A DNA stretch of 61,220 nucleotides, the filler included, from Basidiobolus ranarum (lineage: Eukaryota), in NCBI GenBank assembly GCA_040143965.1. It is 2 parts of 2 records of this genome, joined end to end, with 100 filler letters (N's around TTAATTAATTAA, not from the genome) between each part and the next. Parts side by side here need not be neighbours in the genome. Positions count along the whole stretch, not along the records: positions 30,702 to 61,220 come from JASJQH010006974.1; 1 more part is not named here. The stretch is one strand, 5' to 3'. Position numbers and translations under genes: made by a program. Positions within the stretch are counted from its first letter, which is position 1; every line of letters starts with the position of its first letter. This document shows positions 39,125-54,817 of this stretch, piece by piece. The notes beneath the pieces are model-generated. The model was not told the origin of the DNA. It made no database searches and was given only the letters and a program-made list of their open reading frames with translations.

Positions 39125-41491
39125 TTACATACCAATACGTACAATATCTCTTCTTTGATTACGGTACTGCAATACATCACGAGAAGTCAAATTGGTCAAT
39201 GCTTTCATAAAGGCAATATAAGATATACCCTGCTTCAAAAAGTCGTCACGTAAAGTCTGGAATCTGGTTTGATTGCCAATTGGTATACGTCGACGAATAT
39301 CTTTTTCAACTGCCTTGACTTCATTCATGAGTTCAACTCTAGTGAATCCTTCAAGATTGCCAGCTTGAACTGCGTTCATGGTTGAGAATTTAAACAGACG
39401 AATGGCCTCCTCGACATGTTGCTCGGTGGCTACTGGGGACAGGGTCATTTTGGCTAGGGATTCAGATATGCGCACGATAGCCTCCAGTTGTCTCACGGTA
39501 ATTGGAATAGATGATCGGCTATTGTTCTGTCGTTCCATTTCATGCACATCTTTGCGAAGAGTTACAAAGTAACTGCTCAATCGTTCGGCAGCTTCGGTAG
39601 ATAGACGAGGTGCGCATTTTCTAATAGATTGATTAGTAAGGTGGTCTTTAGCTGGTTTAGATAACTTCGATCTACTTACGATTTGCAATAACTAATATAG
39701 CCTCTCATCCTATCGATGCTAATTTCTCCAACGGTAGCATCCTCATCAGCCTTGTTCATATGAATATGCATAACATGTCTGGCAATTGTTTTATCTCTTT
39801 GTTCATTGTGTTCATCACGCACAATGAAGATCATATCGAATCTGGAAAGAATGGTGGTTTGGAAGTCAATATTTTCTTTGGGAGTTTTGAGATCATTATA
39901 GCGTCCAAAGATAGGATTGGCTGCAGCCAAGACGGAGGTACGAGAGTTGAGAATAGTAGTGATTCCTGCTTTGGCGATGGAGATGGTTTGTTGTTCCATA
40001 GCTTCGTGAATCGCAACTCTGTCTTCTTCTCGCATCTTATCAAATTCATCGATACATACAATGCCACCATCAGCTAAAACCATGGCACCTCCTTCAAGGT
40101 AAAATTCACTGGAACCGGAGTCACGAATGACAGATGCTGTAAGACCAGCTGCACTACTTCCCTTACCAGAGGTATATACAGAAATCGGTGCCACCTTTTC
40201 AGCAAACTTCAACAGTTGAGATTTGGCAGTGGAAGGGTCACCGAGCAAAAGAACATTAAGATCACCTCTGAGCTTCATTCCATCAGGCAAAACCTTTTTA
40301 GATCCACTGAATAACAAGCAAGTAATAGCTTTCTTGATATCTAAATAATGCAACCAACAGTTAGAGGTATTCAATTAAATAAAATTTTCTTGAGGATTTA
40401 CCTTGATTGCCGTAAATAGCTGGAGCAATACTGCTTGAAAACATATCATACAAATTAGCGTTACGAGACATTTTGATGAACTCCTCTTCCTCTCTTTCGG
40501 TGAAGTTGATGTGACCACGATGCTGACCATCGATTTCAGGTTGAATACCGACCACACGAATATATGGTGTACGAATGGCAACAGCCCCGGCATTTCTTGA
40601 GTTCTTACTTTGGAAGATAGAGAAGATACCGATAATATTAACTCTTGTTCCAGGAACGACCTTATTGGTCAGGTATCTATCAGCACTTAGAAGAGTATGT
40701 CTAGGCAGTTCACCCACTCGAACCAGATCAGGAAGCTCTTGTAATTTCAACGTTTGTTGATCTACGAACTTGGATTTATCGTGAATGATGACATAAGGAT
40801 CTAATGGGCATTCTTTTCTTTCATTCTCGGGTGGTTGGTTATCACATGTTCGAGGTAATGTGACACCAGAGAATCCTCCGCTGACAGGAAGTAACTTCAC
40901 TTGACGACATCCTTTGCACATAACTTGGATGTGCGTAGCTTTAGAAGTGAGAGTAGAAGCTCCGATAACAATTCCTGCAACTCTAACCAACTTGGATATG
41001 GTGGTGGAGTTCAAATCACGAAGATGAACAATATTTGCATTTGACTTGAGTGTTACTTGACATTCGGGCGCATGTTGCTCCGCATCGACTCCGGGGTAGA
41101 GAATTTTCGTAGCAGCGGTACGTACGGCAGACTCGAATAAGGGTAAATGCTCAGTGGGGGAATCTTGAAGGCTTTGGGCAAGGCCTTCGTTATAGCTAAT
41201 AAGGTGGCCAAGGTCAATCTCTAGGAAATATTCTTTGACCATTAGGTTCTGGCGTAGCTGATCTCTGTGAGTTACAAGTTCAACGCATTAGGAAACGTAT
41301 GGAAGTTATAAAAAAACGAAATTATGAAATAGAAGATATTCTTGCCTATAAATATAATCATTATCAAGTCGAAAGTTTTGAATAAAATCATTGTATTGTC
41401 CCTCAAGGATTCCACGAGTTTCATCGGGTTGTTCAGCGGGTAAAACTGAGGTAGAGTAAATCTGTCCTTTGTCCCAGCCGAGGGAAGCCAT
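39125..41491 (-). CDS. MCM5: DNA replication licensing factor MCM5, four exons (first intron GC-AG)
   Basis: Zn finger [34 protein letters not shown] (Walker A), [11 protein letters not shown] (Walker B), SRFD arginine finger, [20 protein letters not shown]. Confidence 0.97.
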
Positions 41492-42143
41492 ATTGTAATA
41501 ATGAAAAGGTGGGGCTGTTCCGTAAAGAAAGGAAATAAAGGTTCAAGGATTAAATCAATCGATACATATACCAACGCAACGCATTGTTTGGATATCTCGC
41601 ATTCCAGATTCGGATTTGATGGAGAAAATATAAACAAACAACAAAGCTGTCCTAAATATTCCAATCGAAATCGACCAATACTTTCCGACCATTCCTACAA
41701 AACCGGCTGAAGCTACATGATTCGTGGATTTATTTTTCATTGCTCAATATTATCGTTACTACAAGAAATTCTTGATAATTTATTATGCACTTGAGTGTAA
41801 TTCAGCATTTTCCGCGAGATATTTTACAGGATTTGACTTCGCCATATCAAATGCTTCGATCGTCTTGACCTCTGTTGGTGTGACCCTATGAATAAGATAT
41901 TTATTGAGTTAAGAAATTGCTATAAATTAAGATAGGGCTTAGAACATTTGGCGGTTACTTTTGTCATACTACAAAAAATAAAAGGATGGGCCAGTTGAAC
42001 TTTTGCTTGTAGAAACGGGAATAATGGCTGGGAAGATTATGCCTACTAGATTTGCATTGGATTTACAAAACAGATCGAGATATAACAAAAATTGTTAGTA
42101 AATTGTCAGGTAATTTCATTTCAGAAAAACCAAGTTATGATTT

Positions 42144-45270
<3,127 letters not shown>

Positions 45271-46049
45271 ATTATCTATTTCTGTTATCAATAGAGATAG
45301 TTCTTTTCGAAAGAATGTCTAATAGCTAAAGTCAATCGTTTACAAAATGGAAGTGTTCTTATGGGAGTGGAGTTACTAGCACAATGCTCGATAATAAAGT
45401 TGGTGTAGGCGAATGATTAAAGACTGAAGATAGCGATGTTGTAAGAAAGATAGTCGGCTTGACTGTAGTTAAAAGCAGAATGGGAAACGAAAGTGACTTG
45501 ATCTTATGTGTACAAGGCTTGATTAGTGGTAAGAGCAAGTGCAAGAGTGGAGAGAAAGGATTCATGTATGAAGTATATGCAATCGTAACCCTAAGATCGT
45601 TAATATGATGCGATTGGCGCTTTATTTTTCTTTCTTTGCCAACAGTGTTTGTATGCATATGTGTGTATGTGTCAAGTTGAGAAACATTATTCACATATTA
45701 TCGGACTTTTATTCATCTGTTGTAATGTTTGAATTTCATTCGATCACGATTAAACCTCCGAGAAGTTACGCAGGACATTAATTCCGATTTAGTTATTTTG
45801 AAGGCAACACAAGGGAAACTCAAATTTAGCCACATCATCTGACAAGTGCGATCATTCTGTAAACAACCTTGTTTGAAATCAGTGTTACATGAATCCTTTG
45901 TGATATCAAAGTCACTGGTGATGATCAAAAAGCAAGGCTAAGGTAATCCAGTGTATGCTCATTGTGGACTCTTTATTATGAGAATAGTGTCAAAGAAATG
46001 AGTTTTGTAACGAGTTTAATGAAATGCCAATTGAAATATAGATTTGGGT

Positions 46050-46895
46050 TTAACTAACTGTTTCGAAAACCTGCTCATAAGTTACAGTGTTGTTTCTCGT
46101 TTGCGCATAAGCCCCAGCTAGCACCCATATTTGCTCTCCCACTGTGGCACACTCCGGAGTTGTCTGGAAATTATCAAGAACTGTCCATTCGTTCAAGCGG
46201 TCCATGTGTGCCATTCTTACTTCACCTCGGCTGTTGACACCTGTGATATAATTCGCAGCAGTGCCAACAAGATGAAGGAGACTTTCCCCCAGCTTAGTCC
46301 AACGGCCCTTGTCATAAACATAAACAGGATACCCAATTTGATCTCTTGGCTCAAACAAACCGAATCCTTTGCCATCACCCGTGGCTGCGACTGATACCAC
46401 TGTTCGGTTTTCAAGCTCAGGAGACCTCTCTATTTTGTTCCACTGACAGGACCTCTTGAGGGAGTCATAAGCGCAGAACTGAATATCGTTATGAACATTG
46501 TAACCCCACACGTACTCTGTTTGATCATTTCTGCTTGCTCCTAATGCTACCAAGTAGCCTTGGACACGATCCCATGAACTAGTATCAAATCTCCCAACGT
46601 GACCAAACTTATTCACCCCCCAGGCGGTGTTACGATCAAGTGCTGAAAACTCTGCATATCTTCCAGGCTTTTGAACCCATACATTATTGAGAAGTTGCCA
46701 CACTGTTTCGTCTTCTTTCAGTCCCCAGAGAATATTATCTGCACCAACAGAGATACGTGTCATACCTGGATCCTCAACCAACACATACTCGGGATTTGCT
46801 GGGCCGTTCGCTGATCTATATATGGTTCCTTCTGTGACTAGGATTCCATAGGTTATGGTTAGAACGCAACCTTTCACAAATCTGGAAGAAAACAT
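46050..46895 (-). CDS. Secreted tectonin-type beta-propeller protein (putative lectin), intronless
   Basis: Hydrophobic N-terminus, then repeated blades ISVGADNILWGLKEDETVWQ..WVQKPG / FSALDRNTAWGVNKFGHVGR..WDRVQG / VWGYNVHNDI..WNKIE / ITGVNSRGEV..WTVL, matching tectonin repeats. Confidence 0.75.
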   Translation of the reverse strand: MFSSRFVKGCVLTITYGILVTEGTIYRSANGPANPEYVLVEDPGMTRISVGADNILWGLKEDETVWQLLNNVWVQKPGRYAEFSALDRNTAWGVNKFGHVGRFDTSSWDRVQGYLVALGASRNDQTEYVWGYNVHNDIQFCAYDSLKRSCQWNKIERSPELENRTVVSVAATGDGKGFGLFEPRDQIGYPVYVYDKGRWTKLGESLLHLVGTAANYITGVNSRGEVRMAHMDRLNEWTVLDNFQTTPECATVGEQIWVLAGAYAQTRNNTVTYEQVFETVS

Positions 46896-47409
46896 GAAGA
46901 GTGCTTGTATATGGAGATGTGAGAAAATGACCCTACAAGGGAGGTGATGCTACTACAAGATAGAAGATGGAGGTCGAGTGACACCCACCATTATTTAGAG
47001 ATCTTGCTTTGTTATATTGGAAGAAGCTTCATTTGAAACCAAATCCTCAACATTCTTATTACTATGACTCGAATTTGTTACGAAATCGTTTCGAGAATTG
47101 GCCACAATAAGACTTCGATATTTAACACTCAATTGGAAACCAATATTAGCATTAACATATAAGTATTTAATAAAATAGGATGGTTTGTGGTGGAACTGAA
47201 CTCTTAAATTAACAGCATTGGAGTGGGGTGAATATCACAATCTACCACCTACACCTGGCTATTGCGAGCATTTGGCTTGGTTGCAAGTTAGCATGGATAA
47301 CAAAAGAATCGAAAATTGGATATCCTTGCTAATCTTTATAAATTATTTGTTCTATAGATGTGATTCTAAACTAGCTTAGATTGATGAAATGCCATACATA
47401 TATACAGAG

Positions 47410-48348
47410 TTAGAATGTCTTGTTACTAGTCTTTAAGGAGCCTGGCATCTTCGAGCGAATCAACTCAGTATACTCTTCTCGAATGTTCTCAAGATGTGTC
47501 TCTAAATAATGCTGAACTTCCGACTTCTCAAAAGTATTCGGAAATACCAAGAATCCCGGTATAGTTCTTGAAAACTCCGTAGAAATCATTAAGGGTAAGT
47601 TTCTCCATTGAGCATATCCCAACTCTACGAGGTGCTTTGATAGGGCCTCTTTACAACGGTGGTATTCTATTGAGGAAATATCCTTGTGCTTAAATACCAA
47701 GTTACTGGTTTGGAAGATGGTTTTCCATTCATCTTCAATTGTGCGAAGATTTTTCATTCTACTGATAGAGCTTTTCGATTGTGTGTGAGGGTTGGAAAAG
47801 GAGCTTCTAAGCCCTTTCTCAAAGATTTCTTTCAAGGTTTTTCCTTTGGGTAAAGATTGTTGATTCTCCCGAGAATACTGTTCTTGAAGATTTTTTAAAT
47901 ACTCCTCCAACCTTTCTATATCATTTTTAACGTTGGGAATTTCAAATTGCTGACAATATTGAAGAAATTCCAAAGTCAGTTTGGAACTGAGGAAGTTTTC
48001 CGTCTCGTGGGTGGGAAGTTGTTTTGATATTTGTTCCTGAGAGTGAGGATACTCTTTCAGACTAGAGATAGAAAAAGTTTGTTGTACAAGGTTCCCTTCT
48101 TTCGTATAAAACGACACTTCCACTGGAGAGCGAAGTAAACTTTCTAAAGCGTTTGCTTTCCCCTCTCCTTTCTTCAAGAGAGGACCAAGTATTCGGTTAA
48201 GTTGTTGTAAGGAACGTTGATTTAACTCCTTCTTTTCCGGTATGGAGTGAAAGAAATCCGGATGAACTTTTAAAAGCAGTCGTCTTAGAGTTTTATTGAC
48301 TATCTTTACTGTCGAGGGAGGTTGAATCACTTTTTTAGCAACATTCAT
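47410..48348 (-). CDS. DUF4460 / TCAIM-like (J-domain-like) probable mitochondrial protein
   Basis: LRRLLLKVHPDFFHSIPEKKELNQRSLQQLN resembles the DUF4460 N-terminal motif. First in-frame ATG at 48348. Confidence 0.75.
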   Translation of the reverse strand: MNVAKKVIQPPSTVKIVNKTLRRLLLKVHPDFFHSIPEKKELNQRSLQQLNRILGPLLKKGEGKANALESLLRSPVEVSFYTKEGNLVQQTFSISSLKEYPHSQEQISKQLPTHETENFLSSKLTLEFLQYCQQFEIPNVKNDIERLEEYLKNLQEQYSRENQQSLPKGKTLKEIFEKGLRSSFSNPHTQSKSSISRMKNLRTIEDEWKTIFQTSNLVFKHKDISSIEYHRCKEALSKHLVELGYAQWRNLPLMISTEFSRTIPGFLVFPNTFEKSEVQHYLETHLENIREEYTELIRSKMPGSLKTSNKTF

Positions 48349-48664
48349 AGGTAATATGCGACAAGTTGTCAATAAGAGAACGAAGTGTGTAAAATCTCTG
48401 ATTAACTTTAACTTTTAAAATTTCCTAAAAATTTGATAGTAACAATCCAATGCTTAGGAATCTTCGATATAGATGACACAAATCATTATACCACTAGTAT
48501 AAAAATATTGCATATTGTATTCACCATTTAGTTGACTAAAATAAAGTTACTGAAAGATATGTGATTGGATAATCCGATATTTTGAAAAAGATATCCATTT
48601 AATAGTTGATGATAAATTTTCATAACCTTCACCAAAACTCAAGACAGTCATCATAATATATTCC

Positions 48665-49210
48665 ATGTCGAAGGCTATACCCACCCCCGCAGAATTTCGA
48701 ATCCTATATCGTCGTCTCTGGAAATTTGGAGGAAAGGCAGCTGCTCCTTCCAAACAAGGAGTACGTGTTATACATGAAAAAATCCGGGAAGGGTTCAAAG
48801 AGAACTCGAGCGTACGTGATGGGGATAAATTAATTGACATTTACGAAAGAGGTGGTCTTAAAGGAAGCTAATAGAAATGTTCGGAAAAAGGTTACTTATT
48901 ATATTCCTTTCTTAGGTTTAAATACTGTACAATTATTTCAAGTAGCTGTCTCGAGAAGAGGTGTGGAACATAAACTCATCCAGAACTTACTTTCTATGGC
49001 TTATTTCCAAGGAAAATATAAAATTAGGTAACTCTTCTCTATTCTCATTCCACTGGTCAAATCATTCTACTTACTAACTTGCTATTCAGGCCACCCTTTT
49101 TTAATCGTAAACTTAAGCCTAACCAACAACAATTACACCAAGAAGCCTATGATGAATACTTTGCGATGCTTGAGAAGCTGAACGGTTCTCTTCGCGTAAG
49201 TCTTCGCTAG
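48665..49210 (+). CDS. Small LYR-like protein, IRC19/DUF1763-like (three exons)
   Basis: FRILYRRLWK..IREGF; spliced GLNTVQLFQVAVSRRGVEHKLIQNLL..YDEYFAMLEKLNGSLRVSLR*. Confidence 0.65.
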
Positions 49211-49408
49211 AGGATCTTGCTTCCAAATTGTACAATAGTTAAGACGATTCATTAAATAAAACTCAGCTGAGCATAGATGTATATTCGTTGTCACAAGATG
49301 ATATATTAATTATGCACCAATGATGAGTTATAAAAATTGGATGAATACATGGTATAGAGGTGTGTATATTAGGAATCTATTAGGATTAGGTATGGGAAGT
49401 AGATGAAG

Positions 49409-51246
49409 TTACGAAGGAGGCCAAACTGACTGCAAAACATCAGAAATGATGCCTTGATCGGAGGATGATTGAGCTTTGATTGAATCATTCAGTGGAAACA
49501 AGCGATGGCCAAGTACTTTGCTCAATATAATGAGAACCAAGTCGGGCGTCACGTGAGTTTTTTCATAAATCGCCGCTAAAGCCCTACAATTGTATATTGA
49601 GATTACAAACACACCAAGTGGTCAGTTAAGAGAATGATTGTTAGTGATTATTGTCACCGTATGAGGTATATTCGGTAACATTCTAACCTTACTGCAGATA
49701 CCAAGTCCGTAGAAGCGCGAGCGGTTGCTCCGGTCTTAAATCTTAAATTGGTACGGATTGCGGTTAAAATGTCGCGTAAATAACGATTGATTTCCGGATT
49801 TACGATAACATTTCTAGCTCGTTGAGAAATGTCCTTTACTTCCTTGAAACGGCACAAGGTTATAAAACTGTATTTTAGTATGGTATTCATAAGGTAAAGA
49901 GACGAGAGTAATTACTTGATAGGGAAATGCAAAGTAGCGTTTGCTCTGCAAAAGAGACTTCGCCTCAATACCTCCTTCGTACGTGTAGTTAAGGTAGAAC
50001 TTATCAAGCTATAATTCGCATCTAAATATTAATAAATCAAGGGCATTAAACTGGACCTGTATATTTCATTTCTTACCAGATGTTTTGACTTGAGCATCGT
50101 ACTGCTTAATGGCACAACCGCAATAATTACGAAGGGGTCCGGAACGTGACATAGAGTATTACAATCTACAAACGATCCCTTCGACAGAATCTATCCCATA
50201 TGAAAACGGTTACTATGGCAAACATATATACATATATACACTAACATATACTCACCTCAGATATTGCGCATTGAATGGTATCGTTTGCGGCATCTAGACC
50301 TTCGACTATAACGATGTTTGCTAGTTTTTTGGAGGGATTGAAGATTCGGGAACTGTATATTGTGGAAGATTTTCTGAGTGGTTTTGAGGCTAGTGTGTCC
50401 TTAGAATTTCGGTTATCAAGCCGTTGAAGTGGGATAGTTTCCGGATCTCCATACTGCTTTACAGGCTTGAAGTGTTGGTCATTCAACGAGTCTGGTTTCG
50501 CTGGTGGATTCTTATTGACGAATTGACAAATTACAAAACCGATTAATTATGGTAGATAGAGTTGATGAAGTCCGACGTTCAAAATACCTCTAAATATTCT
50601 CTAAAAGATACAGTGATATTATTTTTGCTTTGTCTGTCATTATGGGTTCGACCTGAAAAACGTTCAGTAGGCACACGGTGCCCTAATACACTTAAAAGGG
50701 TCTTACGATCCTCAGGAGAACGATCATCTGCTGAGAAACTTCTATATTTCTTCTCGGTCGGTTCTCTATTTATAGACATACCTTTCTTCACAAGGGGATC
50801 TAAATTTGAAGGCTTCGAGCCAAGTATAAATCCCGATGGAGGTACTAAACCGCTCATTGGGGTATTCGTTCTAGCCAAAGATGCAGCACGAGGTCGTAGA
50901 ATGGCATCTTTACTTTTGTTAAACATGGTGTCGTATAAATCAGTGGGGGAATCCAGTTGTGAGCAGTTAATTCTTGCACAAGTGAGTCCAAAAACCTCTT
51001 GTGACATCTGTAGAATGTGTTAGAAAGAGAGAGAAACATAGAGAACTTATGACAAAAGTCTATGACCTGTACAAGCATATCTGATAACTCTTGAAGTGTT
51101 TCTGGATGAGTTTTCAATAGTAAAGGCTTACTGCCAGTAATTAAGCAAAGAAGTATAGACATTAGCACATCTTCGGAGTATTGAGAACCAGGCCCGCGGC
51201 AAATTGCCTGTATCCGTTGCCTGTATCGTCCTCTGGGTTGTTTCAT
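49409..51246 (-). CDS. Degenerate AAA+/ChlI-MoxR lid-domain protein, Mtc2-like (multi-exon)
   Basis: SILLCLIT, LANIVIVEGLDAANDTIQCAISE, PDPFVIIAV, LDKFYLN, VIVNPEINRYLRDILTAIR..GATARASTDL..ALAA..HVTPDLV..KVLGHRL (AAA-lid pattern). No intact Walker A seen. Confidence 0.7.
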
Positions 51247-51503
51247 TTGAAAAATACTTCTAGATCGTAAGGTGTTGCTTATTACTAAAAGTCAATGTAA
51301 GCTTAAAATCAATAATTTTGCCATTAAATCTACTGGACCATCATTCTCGGTTGCCATTGGTGAGCTTAAATCAACTGTATCTACTTAATCATTACATTTA
51401 AGTAAATTTAGTCTAAGCCACGTCAAATGATAGATTCGAAGTGTTGTTTAAAACCAGATTCGATAGCATTCAAACATCCAAATCGATTGTGCAATTTATC
51501 TTA

Positions 51504-54500
51504 ATGGAGAGAGATTCAGGTTGTAGTAAACAAGTTTTCACATCCAGAACTAACATTAACCTTTATTTAGGGACAAAGGGATTTTGCTTGTATGAGGATA
51601 GTGGATTAGAAGCCGAACTCAAGCTTGCCGAAGCGCTAGTATACCATATTTACTTATCATTGCTTTTCTTAGCTCTATGCTAAATAGATCTATAGTTTCC
51701 TGAACTCGAGTTTGTAGGGCGTAGTGTTGAACAGATACAGGCCGTACGTGCCTTTCTAGCTAATCATAGCAGAGTTAAAAACAATGGAATAGTATAAATC
51801 AAGTCGTTTCTATTGCTTTTACTCGGTCTAAATATTGAAAATCCAGCCATACCTTATTGCTTGTGGCCTTCCTCCTGGCTTTGGAAAAACCACATTTTTC
51901 CAACAACTTTTAAATTTTGTGAAAGTAAAAGAAAACCAATGCATACTTCAGCAACCTAGTAGAATCCATGAAGGATTTACCCCTGCCGAAGTTGAACGTA
52001 AGTAAACCCATAGTTAGATCACACTTGCCATAAAGTTAACTCTCTTTATTCGGTAGATTTGGCCAGTGCTCAGTACATACGCATAGCCATTAATCAAAAT
52101 GTAACTTTAATCCCTCCGGATGCCTCCACCTTTGCAAAAGCACTTTCAATTGCTCTTGAGCAACAAATCCGATCGAAACTTCTCTTACCATCGGTAATAT
52201 TGTATAGAATGACTCTGCATTGAAGAGTTTTAACCCAGGATATACACAGTATACATCTGAAGAATATTGTAATCTCAAACGGCTAGGACTTCCCAGTGTA
52301 ATCGATGCTTACCCAGAGTTCACATTCTTCATTCACTGGGATTGTCTTGAAGCATTTGAAAGTACACAATACGATCACTATTATGGGTGGAGCCCTGACC
52401 CTAGCACCAAAGATTACGACCTCCAAAATTCGCTTACAGTAATATATAGTTATGCCATTTTAGATGACTATCTTTAACCAGTTGTTCATTATCAGAGATA
52501 CCGTGATTTTTGGGAGATAGTTCGTCCACTCTTGTGGCATCCCCGATGCTTTGTATGCTGCTGCGGTAATTCGACCGCATTGTCGGTCATGGGATTCAAG
52601 AGCTCTGCGGTGGAAGATTTACCAAGTCAAACGTTGTTTGTTAATCTTCCTACGCTTAGTTCAGAAGATATCAAGTAAGCATCACACTGTCTAGTCGCAT
52701 TATGGGATATACTGTGAACTCTATCATACGTAGGTCTATAGCGCAACACACAGTATTCCCAAAGGGCAACACCATTCAACAAGAGTTCTCTTGGAGTGAT
52801 GAAGTACTGGATAAGATCTCCCTAAAACTCTATGGACTTACTCAAGGGATACCACGATTGGTCCGTTTAGGTTTCGTGTACCTTTATTATAAAATATTCA
52901 TCGCACACGACGACATTCAAGAGGTAGTATATTCAATACACACATATATATGAACTCTCTAACATCCTAGCTGTAGCCATTGGAGAATGAGGAAGATATG
53001 ATGATTATTCATCGTCAATTTGTTCTCCCGGAGTTGGTTCGCTTGTACCTTCCTTGGCGTAGAATATATGTATATCTGATGGCGATGTTTCTCTTGAATA
53101 TCCCATTCTCTTGTAAAGACGAAATTGATTTTGAGGGAAGCAAGATCCCACTCTGGATCTTGGCCCACAAAGTGAATGTTCCTTTAAGAGTGGTATGTGA
53201 ATTCCATCAGTATAGGGCTATACCATATCATTACTTATTGATTGGATATAAGTATCAAAGTAGTGAACTCGAGAAACGATGGATTCCAACCTTTTCCATT
53301 TGGAGTGTTGATCAATTTATAGGCTCATCAAATAACGGGCATTTCGGGATAAATCAAGGATTTTTAAAAATATTACGTTCTTTTATCACTATACCTACGA
53401 AATTTCACCTTGAATCTAGAGAGATGTTCTTAAAAACTGTGGTAAAATCGTACCTTCAAAACGCCTCGGAAACCACTTGGGATTCGGTGTTCTATTTCTT
53501 ACAAGATACCGAATTGAAAGGTGAACCTTATCTACCAGAAAATTTCACTTGTTCTTATCAGGGCCTGGATAGTTCCTCCGCTCCAGTCACCGACCTGTAT
53601 CATCTCGTTCACGATATAACCATTTGCTTGTCTTTCAAGTCGATGCAGGATCAATTCGGTGTTTGCTTTATATCCTCGGAAATCAATCGATTTCAAGAGA
53701 CTCTTGGAACGGAGAGAGGGATCTTGGTGATAGTCTCAACAGGACTACTTCATAAAGATATAAAAGTCTATTTTCCACAAGAAGAGGAGTTCGCCAAGTT
53801 AGAACCAGGTAGGTATGATCTTCAGAAAGGACGTCTGGTACGCAAACGTAAGAATAGCTGTTTACTGGATGTTCCAGAAAATATTAGGGTAAGTGATGGA
53901 GTTAATGAGATTGTAAATTCTTTCTGACCATGTTTCATTAGGTGTTCATACTTTTTCGACCTGGACTAATGAAAGTGATAAAAGAACGAGAAGTCATTTT
54001 GTTAGAGCACTTGATGAGAAATTCCAGTATCATCATATGGCAGGCTTGCTTTCAGTATTTCTTAGGTGATTATTTTCATTCAACATTCAATTAATATCCA
54101 CGGTTCATCATATATTCTTCCAGTGTCGGAGAAAGCAATGGAAAACAATCATCTTCACCGGCAAATAGGGAAACAGAGAAATGAAATTGATGAGAATGAT
54201 GACAGTCGTGATGAAGGGGAGGGAGAAGGGGAAGGAGCAAGCAAAGACAACGATACTGTTGAAAGTAAAGTTAATACACATCTGCTTCATATCCACTCAA
54301 CATTTAACATGTATATTTACCAATCAGTTAAACATATCAGCGTAATTCATAAAGAATCTGGAGAGGTCTTACTTCAACATTTGGGGATTTCCCCTGATAT
54401 CAAATTCAAACATATCATCGGAGATCTAAGGGTGAACAATTCGTCCAACTTCGTTTACATCTGGGAGGTGAATAAGAAGCTTTATAGTAATGCAGTCAAT

Positions 54501-54596
54501 GCTTTTGATGTTTTAGAAGATGAGGCGACGATTTTATTATCAATACGACCTAAGTTAGATATACTTGACTTGTATAGTACAGTGTTTAACGACTAA
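51504..54596 (+). CDS. P-loop NTPase plus putative restriction-endonuclease-like domain; Crinkler(CR)-type architecture (multi-exon)
   Basis: Spliced reading gives EFVGRSVEQIQ, Walker A LIACGLPPGFGKTTF (about 51855-51900), Walker-B-position FFIHWDCLE, LTQGIPRLV, and later SSAPVTDLYHLVHDITICLSFKS. Exon joins are approximate. Confidence 0.55.
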
Positions 54597-54817
54597 GCTG
54601 AAATCAAAAGATAAATCTGGATTCATACTCCACTTGCACTCATAATGTTATTTAAAATTGCAAAATTTAAATTCTCCTCTCTTCTCTTCACTTCCTACAT
54701 ATGAATAGACTCTGGCAAAGATATAATCAACGAAAAGTAATACTACAATGGCTCACTACAACGAAGATAGAAGAGAGGGATCATGATATATATATATATA
54801 TATACTGTTACAGTGCA

